Shown here: positions 11,035-23,022 of the stretch, one piece after another
Layout of the letters: the number at the start of each line of letters is the position of its first letter
Position numbering within the stretch: the first letter of the stretch is position 1
Origin: Macrostomum lignano
Lineage: Eukaryota
Reading direction: 5' to 3'
Length of the DNA stretch: 64,000 bases
NCBI GenBank assembly: GCA_002269645.1
Contig: NIVC01001750.1
Span: 62,001-126,000 of the forward strand
Position numbers and translations under genes: made by a program
The notes under the pieces: generated by a model
What the model saw: the letters and a program-made list of their open reading frames with translations, nothing else
What the model was told of the DNA's origin: nothing
Databases searched by the model: none

Positions 11035-12306
11035 TAATAGCAACTGCAAATTGTGCTGAAGGGGGTGAATGGAGAAAGGTTAATTAAACAAAAAATGTTA
11101 TAAAGATCACGATTTCTTATAAATTGAAACAATTTTACACTTCCAATAAAAACCTATATATATATAATTGATGGATACTTTATTGAGATATACACTCGTA
11201 ATGATCTCTAATCTCTAATTTTTGTATTCTCACTGAAAGGAAACAGAATTTGGAAAAAAAGCTTACATTAAGTAGCCGCGGTGACTATTGATTGTACTTG
11301 ATAATGGAAGGAACATAGAAGAATATCACACCTTGATATCTAGGACTTTTGTATCATTTCCTACTAGTCATCTGGCCTTTTCTTGAAAAATACCGAAAAC
11401 AATTCTCTCCTACTTATATAAGGTGAGTTGAATCGAATACGCGCACTTAAAACGACGAATTAGAAGCTAAAACAGATTAATAAAAAAGTAGGAAAAAATC
11501 CGCTCGTATTATTGGCACAGTTGTTGTTGTACTCAGTGCATACGTGAAGCCACAAACGTATATGAGAGACAAAATAGGCTGTGAGATTTTATAAACAGCT
11601 AGACTGTTACATACATAAACCTCAATTCACAGGAGTCATTTTTTATAAAGAAAGAATTTACAGATTGGTAAGGCAACTTTCAATTAATAACAGTCAAACA
11701 TAAATGTAAAATAAAAAATAGTTTTGTAAAAATTTTCTACACGGTTTCATCTTGGCGTTGAGATAAAAAACACTACCTAAAAACACATGAGATAAAAAAT
11801 AGCTATCATCTTCCATCTTCCATCTTCAAAACTTGTCCATCTTCAAAACCATAGACACAATCTACCATTGTTTAGCAATTTGACGATCATTTTTCGCATT
11901 TTTTATGCAGAACAATACATTACTACAAACAATGCATTGTTTTTAGGATCGTCAAACAGAAAAACAATGCAAAGAATCAGCGGTCGCAGCACGTGACAAC
12001 GATTTGTCTATGGCTCGCTTGCTTATTTTGCAGCCTAGAACCACAGAATGGCTTGAACAGCGGGCAGTGAAATTCGGCAACAGAAACGCCTCGTCGCTCG
12101 CGGACATTTTACGAGTAGCTTGCAGAAGCCTTCCAAGGATAATGAATATGGGTACATGATAATTTTTTAACAATATGTAAACACGGAACGTAACGATCAG
12201 CTCGTTAAAAGTTCAGTTTGATGCAACGTTTGCTTTAATTAGCACCGTTCGCATTTTCCACCGTTGCATATTAGGAGTTTGTATAAGTGAAGAAAAAGTG
12301 CAAAAT

Positions 12307-13815
12307 TTAGCTTCGATTGAAAGGACGCAGAGTTAGACAATTTGGCAACAGTTGATGCCTGCAGAACAACTGTAGGCTGAGCAAATTATACAGCAGTGTG
12401 GCAAAAGTCTGACTGGACAAGAACGCAACTAACTCATCGTTGAAAATCGAATTGTAGACGTTAGTTGCGTCTCGCGAGATCAAGCAGAGTTTGATGCGGC
12501 TACCGTGATGGTCGATATTGTTGGCATTATTACACACGCGAAACTGAACGAACAGCCGGCTGGCGTCAACTGGATTCAGGCTGGCACCCGCGGATAGACA
12601 TTGAATTACTTTGTCCACTTGTTCATTAAGGACAACGCTTGAATCGTTGAGCTGTTCAGCAGTCAACGGACCATTGTCGTAACCAAGGCAAAATTCTTGT
12701 AGATCATGCACAGTGGCCAACAATTCTTCGGGCAGACTCGGAGCCTGCACCCGTGCACCGGTCGACATTGACAAAGATAGTTGCGATCCGGTGTCCGTGC
12801 AGTCATCAACAGGAATCGACACGCAATCCAATGACGGTGCGCGTTCAGAACCGCCAAGCTCTATTAGTCGATTGACAATCGTTTGGATGTCGGGCCTATC
12901 AGCTGGGTTGTGATTGACAGCTTGTGCCTGAAGCTCCCTCAGTCTAATCGCAGTTTCTGTCTGCGATTGTGTCGGCCATTCGGCTTGTAGAATACTATTT
13001 TCCCAATTTATTTGCGAATCAAGCAGTGGAGGCAGATCTCTTAATAGTACGAGCTAGTTCCAAAATCACCCTACCGAATGAGTAACAGTCGGCCGGTTTG
13101 CCGTACTCGGCAAGCGGTTTTCCACGCTGCTGGCTGGTAGAAATTTCTACGCGTACGACGACTTTCACTTCGGGCGCCTGCCACAGCTCCGTGCCCTGCT
13201 CGGCAGTCATATTGATTTGACAATCGCGACCGATCTCCAAGTCGCAGAGTTTGAGAGTAGCCCCGCGATCATACAGCAGCATATTTAGAGCCTTCACGTC
13301 GCGATGAACGATTTGCCGAGAGTGCAAAAACTCCAGACCCCTTGCCGCCTGCAACAGCCAACAGGTCACGTGATCAAGTGTGTAGCTAATAACAGTCGGA
13401 AACACATCGGCCCGGCTGATGGCGTATCTCAGACTAAAGTCGGCCAGCTCCATGTAGAACCGAGGAAGGTGCCGATCGGCAAGTGCACACTGTCTGGCTG
13501 CGATATTTCTAAACTGCGAGCAATCACCGACACCAAGTTGGAGTGCCGATTTTCGAGTAAGATATTGTATTCATTTCTGGCTCTCTCGTTGTACTTGGCA
13601 ATTCTATCGACATTCATTTCGTTCTGATTGCCGAATACTTTTCTAACAATGTACTGGCCAAAGCGCTGTCTAGCTTCGCTATTCTCATCAAGTTTAACAC
13701 GTTCGACTTTGTTTATGCTGGAGCCGCATGAACGACCGACAGTGAAACTGGAGATAACAAAACGACTCAGCTTCTCTTCATCATTGTTTTCGACACCTGG
13801 ATTATCCTGATCCAT
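12307..13815 (-). pseudogene. Intronless TAK1/MAP3K7-like protein kinase with two compensating frameshifts (pseudogene or assembly indels); ~502 aa if repaired
   Basis: N-lobe (GRSCGSSINKV, IVRK, RNEYNIL..RHSNLVSV) in frame from ATG 13815. C-lobe (FYMELAD, WLLQAARGLEFLH, HRDVKALN, LKLCDLE, GTELWQAPEV, DCYSFG) in a second frame. Subdomain XI (HNPADRPDIQTIVNRL) returns to the first frame and runs to the stop at 12307. Span 1509 nt = 503 codons. Confidence 0.75.
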
Positions 13816-14485
13816 TGCTGTCAGAAAGCGCAAAATCAAGACAAATTGATATCAATTCAAAAAGAAATTTTGAAATATTTCTGTTTCATAAGCGCCAAGA
13901 AACGCCCTAGACCAGGCTCAATTCTATTTTTCCATGATAAATTTTCGGTCATAGTTCGCCCCCCTACGAACTAACTAACTAACTAAACTAAGCGTTGAGA
14001 AACATGTAAGTGAAATAAAAGCATACAATTCACCTCTCTCAATTAAAGCAAATAGTAAATTTTTTGAAGTCGTAAATTTTGTTTGAAATTTTTCCAAAGT
14101 TCAAATCAATACACATGGGAGGAGGGACACAAGAGTCACTCTTCGTAGAATTGAAGGGGATTATTGATCAAACATTCACGTGGACTGGCCAATCAAAATA
14201 TTTGCTCATATATTATAAGTTGCATGAAAGACGGAATTTATAGAATCAAATTTTAAATTAGGAAACAAACAATGATAATCATAATTAAGTAGTTAATTAT
14301 ATGCGCATCAAAGTTCCTTGATACTTTTTTCATTTTTCCACCACCGCTGGATTTTTAATGAAAATAGGCCCTGGACAAAAAATGGAGAACATTATTAGAA
14401 AAGCCCCACTGCGTGAAATCAAGAAAATAGTACAATGTGTACTTTGGTTTGACTTCTAATCAAACTAAGACAGACAGAGACACTA

Positions 14486-14486
<1 letters not shown>

Positions 14487-14564
<78 letters not shown>
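14487..14564 (+). repeat. (GACA)n microsatellite just downstream of the ACOX stop
   Basis: Direct reading. Confidence 0.95.
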
Positions 14565-14633
14565 TCCCGACAATCAAGCAGTGACTCAGCAATCATCAGT
14601 CCTGAGTCGGTCCGAGCCCACAGGCGGCAGAAG

Positions 14634-17600
14634 TCACAGCTTAGCCAGGCTCCTGCCAGCCAGGAACTGTCTAGTGTAGAGCTCGTAGGACTCGTGCACA
14701 TCAGTGGCATTGAGCGGCGACTGGCGGGCCCACTGCAGCATGGCCTCGTACACCTGGCCGTCGTAGCGGCCGATCACAGAGCACAGCATGCGATCTGGCA
14801 GGTCGAAGGCCTCCACCAAGGCCACGGCGTTAGGCCGAAGCTCCGTCAGAAGCGAGTCGATGGCGTCCTGGCAGCGGGCCAGATCGCTGCGACTCAACTG
14901 GACGTCGCCGGCGCCGGAGACGACTTCGTTGAGCAGGAACAGCCGGCACAGGGAGGTGAGGACACCGCAAATTTTTGGATTCTCGGCCGCCTTAGCTGAG
15001 TCTAGGAAGGCCTGACCAACGTACAGGATGCAGTGAGCCTCTGCGCACCTGCGGAAATGGGGATGATGCTAATGTTGCAAATGAGCCATCCAGATGGTCA
15101 TTTAATAACCACTCATCACGGCCAGCTCATCGCACCATCTGTCACTCCTGAAGTCACTTCGCCCGTCACTTTGACTATCAAGCGAGTCAAATTTGAGATT
15201 ACCAACAAAATAACGAGTGTTTGAGCTCTAAAAGAATATATTCTAAACATTTGGAGTCGGACAAGACCAACAAAATCTGCTGCTTTTGTGTCGCAAAAGT
15301 GCGAGAGACTACAGAACCTTGTCAGCACTTTGGCGCAAGCTCTAGCTCTTTTTAACGGTTTTGATACAAGTCCCGTTTAAAGCGTCATCAACGCACGGCC
15401 AAATCTGCTTTTGGAATGAATCTTGACGATGTTTGTCACTAACAGCATTCTCAGGCTTCCAGTGTCGTACCTGAAGGCAAAGAAGATAGGGGATGGGTAT
15501 CACTACCGAGCAGTTGCGGATGGGCCGTGGATTTCGTCTGTTCATCGATCGCAGCTTCATCGAGAGTCGCTGTCAGTGCACCCACAGGACTGAACGCAAG
15601 TCATGCATATTTTCGGAGCAACGAGAAGCTTAAAAGTCTCTGGCAGCGGAGGTGTGAAAACGAAGTTTTGGTAACCTTTGGTGACGGATTTGCCTGAAGT
15701 TCGTGTGAGAAAGTAGCAATTGGAGGACTTAGAAAGTTAAAAACCAAAAACGATGGCTGTTTGGCGAAACCGAAGGATAGAAATCTGATAAGTAAGTTTG
15801 AACTCCGAACCTCATCATCTCGGACTGGCTGCACGGGCAGTGAAGTCGGCAAGAGTTAGAAACCGCCCTGCATCGTGCGCTAGGAAGAGTAATACAGTGT
15901 AGACTTTCTCTAACTTGGTAGGAGTCGTTACTAATAGGCTTTGATTCGCTAGGCTACAGAACTGCTACAGAAGCGGAGAGTGACGTAAGACTGACACGGT
16001 AGCGCCTCACGGACGGAGAGAGACGAAGACGTTGCCTGACTACTAAGCAATCGGTAATGTTGAATTGAATGTGTTTTTGCTTTATCAAGCAACAGCGACA
16101 TAATCCGGTATTGGCAGCGGGTTTTATTACCCGAGTTTTTAGTGACCTTTTGTAGCGAGTTTTTGACCTTGGATGTCTACCGAGTACGCACATAACCGAG
16201 CATTGATTTGAACAGAAAAGCGCCCCTTATCTGTGCTTGGTCCGGAGTGATTTATTAATAAGACTTTTATGAAAAATCGAAGAATATCTCCTGACTCGCT
16301 AGTGAGCCTTTTTATAAGCGATTTTATCATTATTTTTCAACCAGGATTATTCCGTAACCGTGCCCTTGATCTCCCATCCCTCACCTAGTCAGCCGCCGGG
16401 ACACGGCCTGGAAGGCGTCCGCCCAAGCCTGTCGCTGTTCAATGAAGGAGTTGAACCGGCCGCTGACTTCCAGCAGCATGCTGAGCGATCGCCAGCGCAG
16501 CCAACAGAGCAGCAGGTCGGCGGTAAGCGGGCCGCCAGCGAGTTTGGGCTGCGGTGTCGGCCTCGAGCGGATGTAGGCGTCGCTAGGGGCCAGCTGTTCG
16601 CCACGACGAGCCCGTTCAACGCATTTAAGCAGATGCCGGCCGGTCTGCAGCAGCATGACGGTGTTCTCGCCTTCGTAGGTGCAGGCCGGATTGATATCAT
16701 TGTAGATTTTTGGCAGGCCGCTGGCCTCGCTAAAACCGAAGCCGCCGCAGCAGCGACGGCATTCTTCCACGCAGGCAGCGCCGCGGTTGCTGCCCACGGC
16801 TTTGAGACCAGCCGAGAGGGCGTGCGTCTCCGGCAGGCGCTCGGTCCGGCCTGCGGGTGAAATTTTCTTACATGTAATTACTGGAGTGGGATTTGTGTAT
16901 GCGGGTGTGTCTGCGGCAAACCTGTGATCGGACTGATTGGTCCAGCAACATTGGATCTGGGAGTCAGTGGTACAGCAACTTTGGATCTGGGAGTCAGTGG
17001 CACAGCAACAGAGGATCTGGGAGTCAGTGGCACAGCAACAGAGGATCTGGGAGTCAGTGGCACAGCAACAGAGGATCTGGGAGTCAGTGGCACAGCAACA
17101 GAGGATCTGAGAGTCAGTGGTCCAGCAACAGAGGATCTGGGAGTCAGTGGCACAGCAACAGAGGATCTGAGAGTCAGTGGTCCAGCAACAGAGGATCTGG
17201 GAGTCAGTGGTACAGCAACTTTGGATCTGGGAGTCAGTAGCACAGCAACAGAGGATCTGGGAGTCAGTGGCACAGCAACAGAGGATCTGGGAGTCAGTGG
17301 CACAGCAACAGAGGATCTGAGAGTCAGTGGCACAGCAACAGAGGATCTGGGAGTCAGTGGCACAGCAACAGAGGATCTGGGAGTCAGTGGCACAGCAACA
17401 GAGGATCTGGGAGTCAGTGGCACAGCAACAGAGGATCTGGGAGTCAGTGGCACAGCAACAGAGGATCTGGGAGTCAGTGGCACAGCAACAGAGGATCTGA
17501 GAGTCAGTGGTACAGCAACTTTGGATCTGGAGTCAGTCGCCCAGCAACAGAGGATCTGGGAGTCAGTGGCACAGCAACAGAGGATCTGGGAGTCAGTGGC

Positions 17601-20600
17601 CCAGCAACAGAGGATCTGGGAGTCAGTGGCACAGCAACAGAGGATCTGGGAGTCAGTGGCACAGCAACAGAGGATCTGGGAGTCAGTGGCACAGCAACAG
17701 AGGATCTGGGAGTCAGTGGCACAGCAACAGAGGATCTGAGAGTCAGTGGTACAGCAACTTTGGATCTGGAGTCAGTCGCCCAGCAACAGAGGATCTGGGA
17801 GTCAGTGGCACAGCAACAGAGGATCTGGGAGTCAGTGGCCCAGCAACAGAGGATCTGGGAGTCAGTGGCACAGCAACAGAGGATCTGGGAGTCAGTGGCA
17901 CAGCAACAGAGGATCTGGGAGTCAGTGGCACAGCAACAGAGGATCTGGGAGTCAGTGGCACAGCAACAGAGGATCTGGGAGTCAGTGGCACAGCAACAGA
18001 GGATCTGAGAGTCAGTGGTACAGCAACTTTGGATCTGGAGTCAGTCGCCCAGCAACAGAGGATCTGGGAGTCAGTGGCACAGCAACAGAGGATCTGGGAG
18101 TCAGTGGCCCAGCAACAGAGGATCTGGGAGTCAGTGGCACAGCAACAGAGGATCTGGGAGTCAGTGGCACAGCAATAGAGGATCTGGGAGTCAGTGGCAC
18201 AGCAATAGAGGAACTGGGAGTCAGTGGCCCAGCAATAGAGGAACCGGGAGTCAGTGGCCCAGCAATAGAGGATCTGGGAGTCAGTGGCCCAGCAATAGAG
18301 GATCTGGGAGTCAGTGGCCCAGCAATAGAGGATCTGGGAGTCAGTGGCCCAGCAATAGAGGATCTGGGAGTCAGTGGCCAAGCAACAGAGGATCTGAGTG
18401 GCTGGCCCAGCAACTGACACTCTGGGAGGCTGGCCCAGCAACTGAGGATCTGGGGGGCTGGCCCAGCAATAGAGGATCTGGGAGTCAGTGGCCCAGCAAT
18501 AGAGGATCTGGGAGTCAGTGGCCCAGCAACAGAGGATCTGAGAGGCTGGCCCAGCAACTGACACTGTGAGAGGCTAGCCCAGCAACTGACACTCTGAGAG
18601 GCTAGCCCAGCAACTGAGGATCTGGGGGGCTGGCCCAGCAACTGAGGATCTGGGAGGCTGGCCCAGCAACTGAGGATCTGGTAGGGGATCTTGTCAGGTC
18701 ACCATCCTTCATCATCATCATACTGACCCTCCAGAACATCGGGCTGCACGGTGAAGTACAAATCCCTGAGCACTTCGCTAGCAAACCATAGTCCGTAGCA
18801 ATTGGCCACGCAAGTGAGCAGTCGGTACTGGTGCACCGGATAGTCCAGCAGCCGCGGCTCCGGAGCCCCCGGACTCGACGGTTCGCCCTGCCTTCGAACG
18901 CAAGCGTATCGCACGGCGATCGTGGCGGCCTCCGAGATGCCTCTAGCGGCGTCGCTAACAATCAGCGAACGAACAAAGACCATAGTGCCGTAGGTGAGTT
19001 TCTCGTTGCTAACCCGCCTGACATAGGTACCGTCGGGTTGAACTTCGGCATTTCGCATCAGCATATTCTCGCGAGGGATTCTGACGCTGTTTAGCTGCAG
19101 GAATCCGTTGTCGATGGTGTGGTAGCCCATCTTGGGCCCGATGTCCCCGCAGACAACGCCTGGAAGGCTGCGATGAGTGGACTCGTCGCGCAGTTGAACA
19201 AGGAACATGTGGACACCGTGGCACCGGCCCTGGGTGTGCAGCTGGGCCACCACAACGGCGTAGTTGCAGGTCTTGCCAACTGCAATTTAGTAGAGGAATA
19301 CGAGTTATAATTAATCTTTATATTTCCCACTCTACCCTACATATTTCCCACTCTACCCTACATCTCTCACACTTAAACCTACATCTCTCCCATTCTACCC
19401 TACATCTCTCCCACTCTACCCTACATCTCTTCCACTCTACCCTACACTCTACCACTCTATCCTAAATCTCTACCACGCTACTCTACATCTCTCCCACTCT
19501 ACCCTACATCTCTCCCACTCTACCCTACATTTCTCCCACTCTACCCTACATCTCTACCACTCTACCCTACATCTCTACCACGCTACTCTACATCTCTCCC
19601 ACTCTACCCTACATCTCTCCCACTCTACCCTACATCTCTCCCACTCTACCCTACATCTCTCCCACTCTACCCTACATCTCTCCCACTCTACTCTACATCT
19701 CTCCCACTCTACCCTACATCTCTCCCACTCTATCCTACATCTCTCCCACTTTACCTTTCATCTCTCCCACTCTACCCTACATCTTTCCCACTCTACTCTA
19801 CATCTCTCCCACTCTACCCTACTCTCCCACTCTAGATACATATCTATCCCCCCTCTCTACCCTACAGTCTCACTCTACCCTACATCTCCACACTCTATCC
19901 TGCATCCTCACTTTCCACCTTTGATCCCCACTCTACCCAGTACCCTACATCCCTACTCTCCACTTTACATCTCTCCTCTCTACCCTAGATTTCTCCCACT
20001 CTAGCCTAAATCTCCCCTCTCTACCTTACATCTTCCGTCTCTATCCTACATCTTCCCTCTCTACCCTATTATCTCTTCCACTCTACCCTACGCCTCCCGT
20101 CACCTACCCTGCATATCTCTCCTCTCCCTGCATCTCAATCTCTTATCCACTAGTCTATCTCCAACCCCAACCCCATATAGCGAAGCCGCTTACGTCCTCC
20201 AGGCCACCACTTGATAGACGTAGTGGTGGGCGAATGCAACACGAACTGCTGCGAGCTCGGATCGTACGTGGCGGTAGTCTCGATGCCGCGCAGAAAAGTG
20301 CCATGGCCCATTTCGGTCTGCGCGTAGGTGCCAATAATCTCATAGTTGAGAGCTCGTTGGAGCCATCGCTCGCGCTGCTCGTCGCTGCACTGGCCCATCA
20401 GAGTGGGCACAAACATGACCCAGTGCAGCCCGATTGGCGACACTTCGCGGGGCATAGCAATTCTGCCAATTGTTAGATACTACCGATATGTAGCGTAAGA
20501 AACTTTATTAAGACACAAAAATTGGGTAATTAATTTTTAAGCCTATAGGCAAATATTTTTTCGCCTAATTATTGGCTACAAACATTTCGAGATGCATTTA

Positions 20601-21534
20601 AACTAGCTGTAATAAATTACTATTAGTAAAGTAATTTTTCGAAACATATCGGCTGCATTTATAAGCAACTATATTTTAAGATTAATTTAATTAAACTGTG
20701 AAAACATTACTTTTTATTTTAACTTTTTAGCAAAGAACGTATGTCAATATAAATCACTTTAAATTAAGCAATCTAGGATTTTCAGACTGGTGTTATTTTA
20801 CTTTGAATGCTACTGACTGTCCATCAGTAGCATAATTGGAATAATAAGCAAAAATACAACACAAACTGAAAACTATTTTGCAACGGTGAATGCAACAATT
20901 GCTAGACTAGTATGGCCTCTATAAACCGTACATTAATTTTGTCACCATTTTGACGGGGTAAGGACTTAATGACGATGAAGTACAAGAATGAGTCAGTTTT
21001 AGCAAGTATTTCAAGCACTACTAGTTCAGCAAGACTCCTATAGTTCTGCAATCAACCAAACTCAAGACGCATAAAAAAACTTAAAGTCTAATAACTAAAA
21101 ATAATCTTTATCAAAACGCTAACGAAGCAAAAATCGATAAGAGTAGGCTTTCGCTTACCTGCGAAAAAAATAACTAGCATAGGGGTCGTCTAACATGTCG
21201 AGCTCTTTTAACCTTTGCTGAACTAGCAGAGCCTTTTTCACGGCCAAACTATATTGCTGTTCCCTGGTCATGAATTGTATTGGGGGATGCTCGAAATTCG
21301 GATCCTTGGTCACCAGTTCCTCTGCGGAATTTAGCGGAAATTAGTACATACTCATCAATGCTACTTGCAGTAGTTTTCGGATTCTAAAATCTAAAACTCA
21401 CCGATCTCTCGCCTCTTCTCAGTGTTGAACTTGCCCCCATCGAGTATGTAGGTCAGTTCTTCGACGGGAAACGAAGCTTTAGCCCGTTCCTCGGTCAGCA
21501 TGGGATTCACTTTTTGAACAACTGGATTAGTCAT
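14634..21534 (-). CDS. ACOX1: Peroxisomal acyl-CoA oxidase 1-like, 6 exons: 21402-21534, 21159-21321, 20194-20462, 18728-19279, 16385-16850, 14634-15048 (665 aa)
   Basis: All junctions GT-AG with consistent phases (total 1998 nt). Motifs [73 protein letters not shown]; C-terminal PTS1 -AKL. Confidence 0.96.
16938..18680 (+). repeat. 30-bp minisatellite (gaggatctgggagtcagtggcacagcaaca)n filling ACOX intron 4
   Basis: Direct reading; ~55 copies, diverging toward 18400-18680. Confidence 0.95.
19321..20150 (+). repeat. 21-bp pyrimidine-rich minisatellite (ctctaccctacatctctccca)n filling ACOX intron 3
   Basis: Direct reading. Confidence 0.93.
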
Positions 21535-21650
21535 GCTTGGCTTAGTATTGTAGATGAAAATTTATTTGCTGAAATAAGTCGATTCGATAAATGTCTTAGC
21601 TGCATGTCTTCTTCTTTAACACTTCGTAAATGACCTTAACTGATACTTTA

Positions 21651-21917
21651 AACCAAGGGAGATTAAGACGCCTACAAAGACTGAAAACCAAAGGAGATTA
21701 AGAGGCCTACAAAGACTGAAAACCAAAAGAGATTAAGAGGCCTACAAAGACTGAAAACCAAAAGAGATTAAGAGGCCTACAAAGACTGAAAACCAAAAGA
21801 GATTAAGAGGCCTACAAAGACTGAAAACCAAAGGAGATATGAGGCTTTCAAAGACTAAAAACCAAGGATATTAGGACTACAAAGACTGAAAACCAAGGGA
21901 GATTAAGAGGCCTACAG
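21651..21917 (+). repeat. 35-bp tandem repeat (~7 copies) upstream of the ACOX start
   Basis: gattaag recurs at 21661, 21696 and so on. Confidence 0.9.
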
Positions 21918-22579
21918 AAGAAATCTCTAGAAGCGTAAAAAACTACACTCTGGGATAAAAGATAAGCACATTAAAAATACACAAATAAATGAATCAAGTC
22001 TCAAAAAACTCATTGCAGCTTATAAAACTCTGCTACGCCTACTAAAAGCGCAATTTTACAACTTCCTGTCGAAATATATTGAGTCAGGCTACTTGTTATC
22101 CTACGCAAAATATGAAATATAATAACTTAAAATAAAGAAGTATATTGCTACCTAATATAAGAAAATAAAATAGACCGCGGCGTACAATTTTGTAACCCGC
22201 CGTTTCTATAAAATGTTTTTATCTATCGATTGCTAATTGTCTAGTCAAAGACATCAAGTACTAATAAAAATGTACTCTTAGGGAGCTCTCAGCTCGAAAG
22301 AAATTGCAGATTATATCGGAATAAATGAAAATACGTGTCAAATCAAACTTGCCTAAATACATTCAGACTTCTGCTTTAGAAAGAATTTGTTTAAAAGCAT
22401 TTTCGCCTAGCTCTGCTGTACAGACAGACTACAGTGAAAGAGAATACGTTTAATAAGGCTTCTTTTGGAAAAAAAAAGAGCTGTAAATGCCTGGCCTTAG
22501 ACCGGGTTGTACCATAGGTACGACTGAATAGGATAATATCAGCATATTCCAACAAAAGGACTCGATGCTTTATCACATC

Positions 22580-22880
22580 CGTATAGCAACCAAGCCATTT
22601 GCCATAGATACGGTTGCTATGCAGAGCAACCAAGCTATTTACCATCGATACGGTTGCTATGCAGAGCGACCAAGCTATTTACCTTAGATACGGTTGCTAT
22701 GCAGAGCGACCAAGCTATTTACCTTAGATACGGTTGCTATGCAGAGCAACCAAGCTATTTGCCATAGATACGGTTGCTATGCAGAGCAACCAAGCCATTT
22801 GCCATAGATACGGTTGCTATGCAGAGCAACCATGTTATTCACCATAGAAACACTTGATTAACTTCCGCATAGCAACCAAG
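22580..22880 (+). repeat. 40-bp tandem repeat with an internal GGTTGC...GCAACC inverted repeat (~6-7 copies)
   Basis: gatacggttgc recurs at 22607, 22647 and so on; no unique spacers. Confidence 0.9.
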
Positions 22881-23022
22881 TTTAGTTATAATAATAGTTG
22901 ATTTAAATCCCAAAAAGACTTTTCCATCATCTCTGACGACTTCAGTATCCTTTTGTTGCCAAGGGATGACAAAAATTAAAAAAAGATATAATGCATCTAA
23001 AAGGGCTCTATCTACCCGCCAA

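Noticed and set aside
16878-18641. Repetitive ORFs ([20 protein letters not shown]) resembling mucin or adhesive proteins
   Set aside because: Lie wholly in ACOX intron 4; 30-bp unit open in multiple frames on both strands.
22580-22880. CRISPR-like appearance (palindromic 40-bp units)
   Set aside because: Units are contiguous with no unique spacers, there are no cas genes, and the context is eukaryotic. The same applies to all other arrays.
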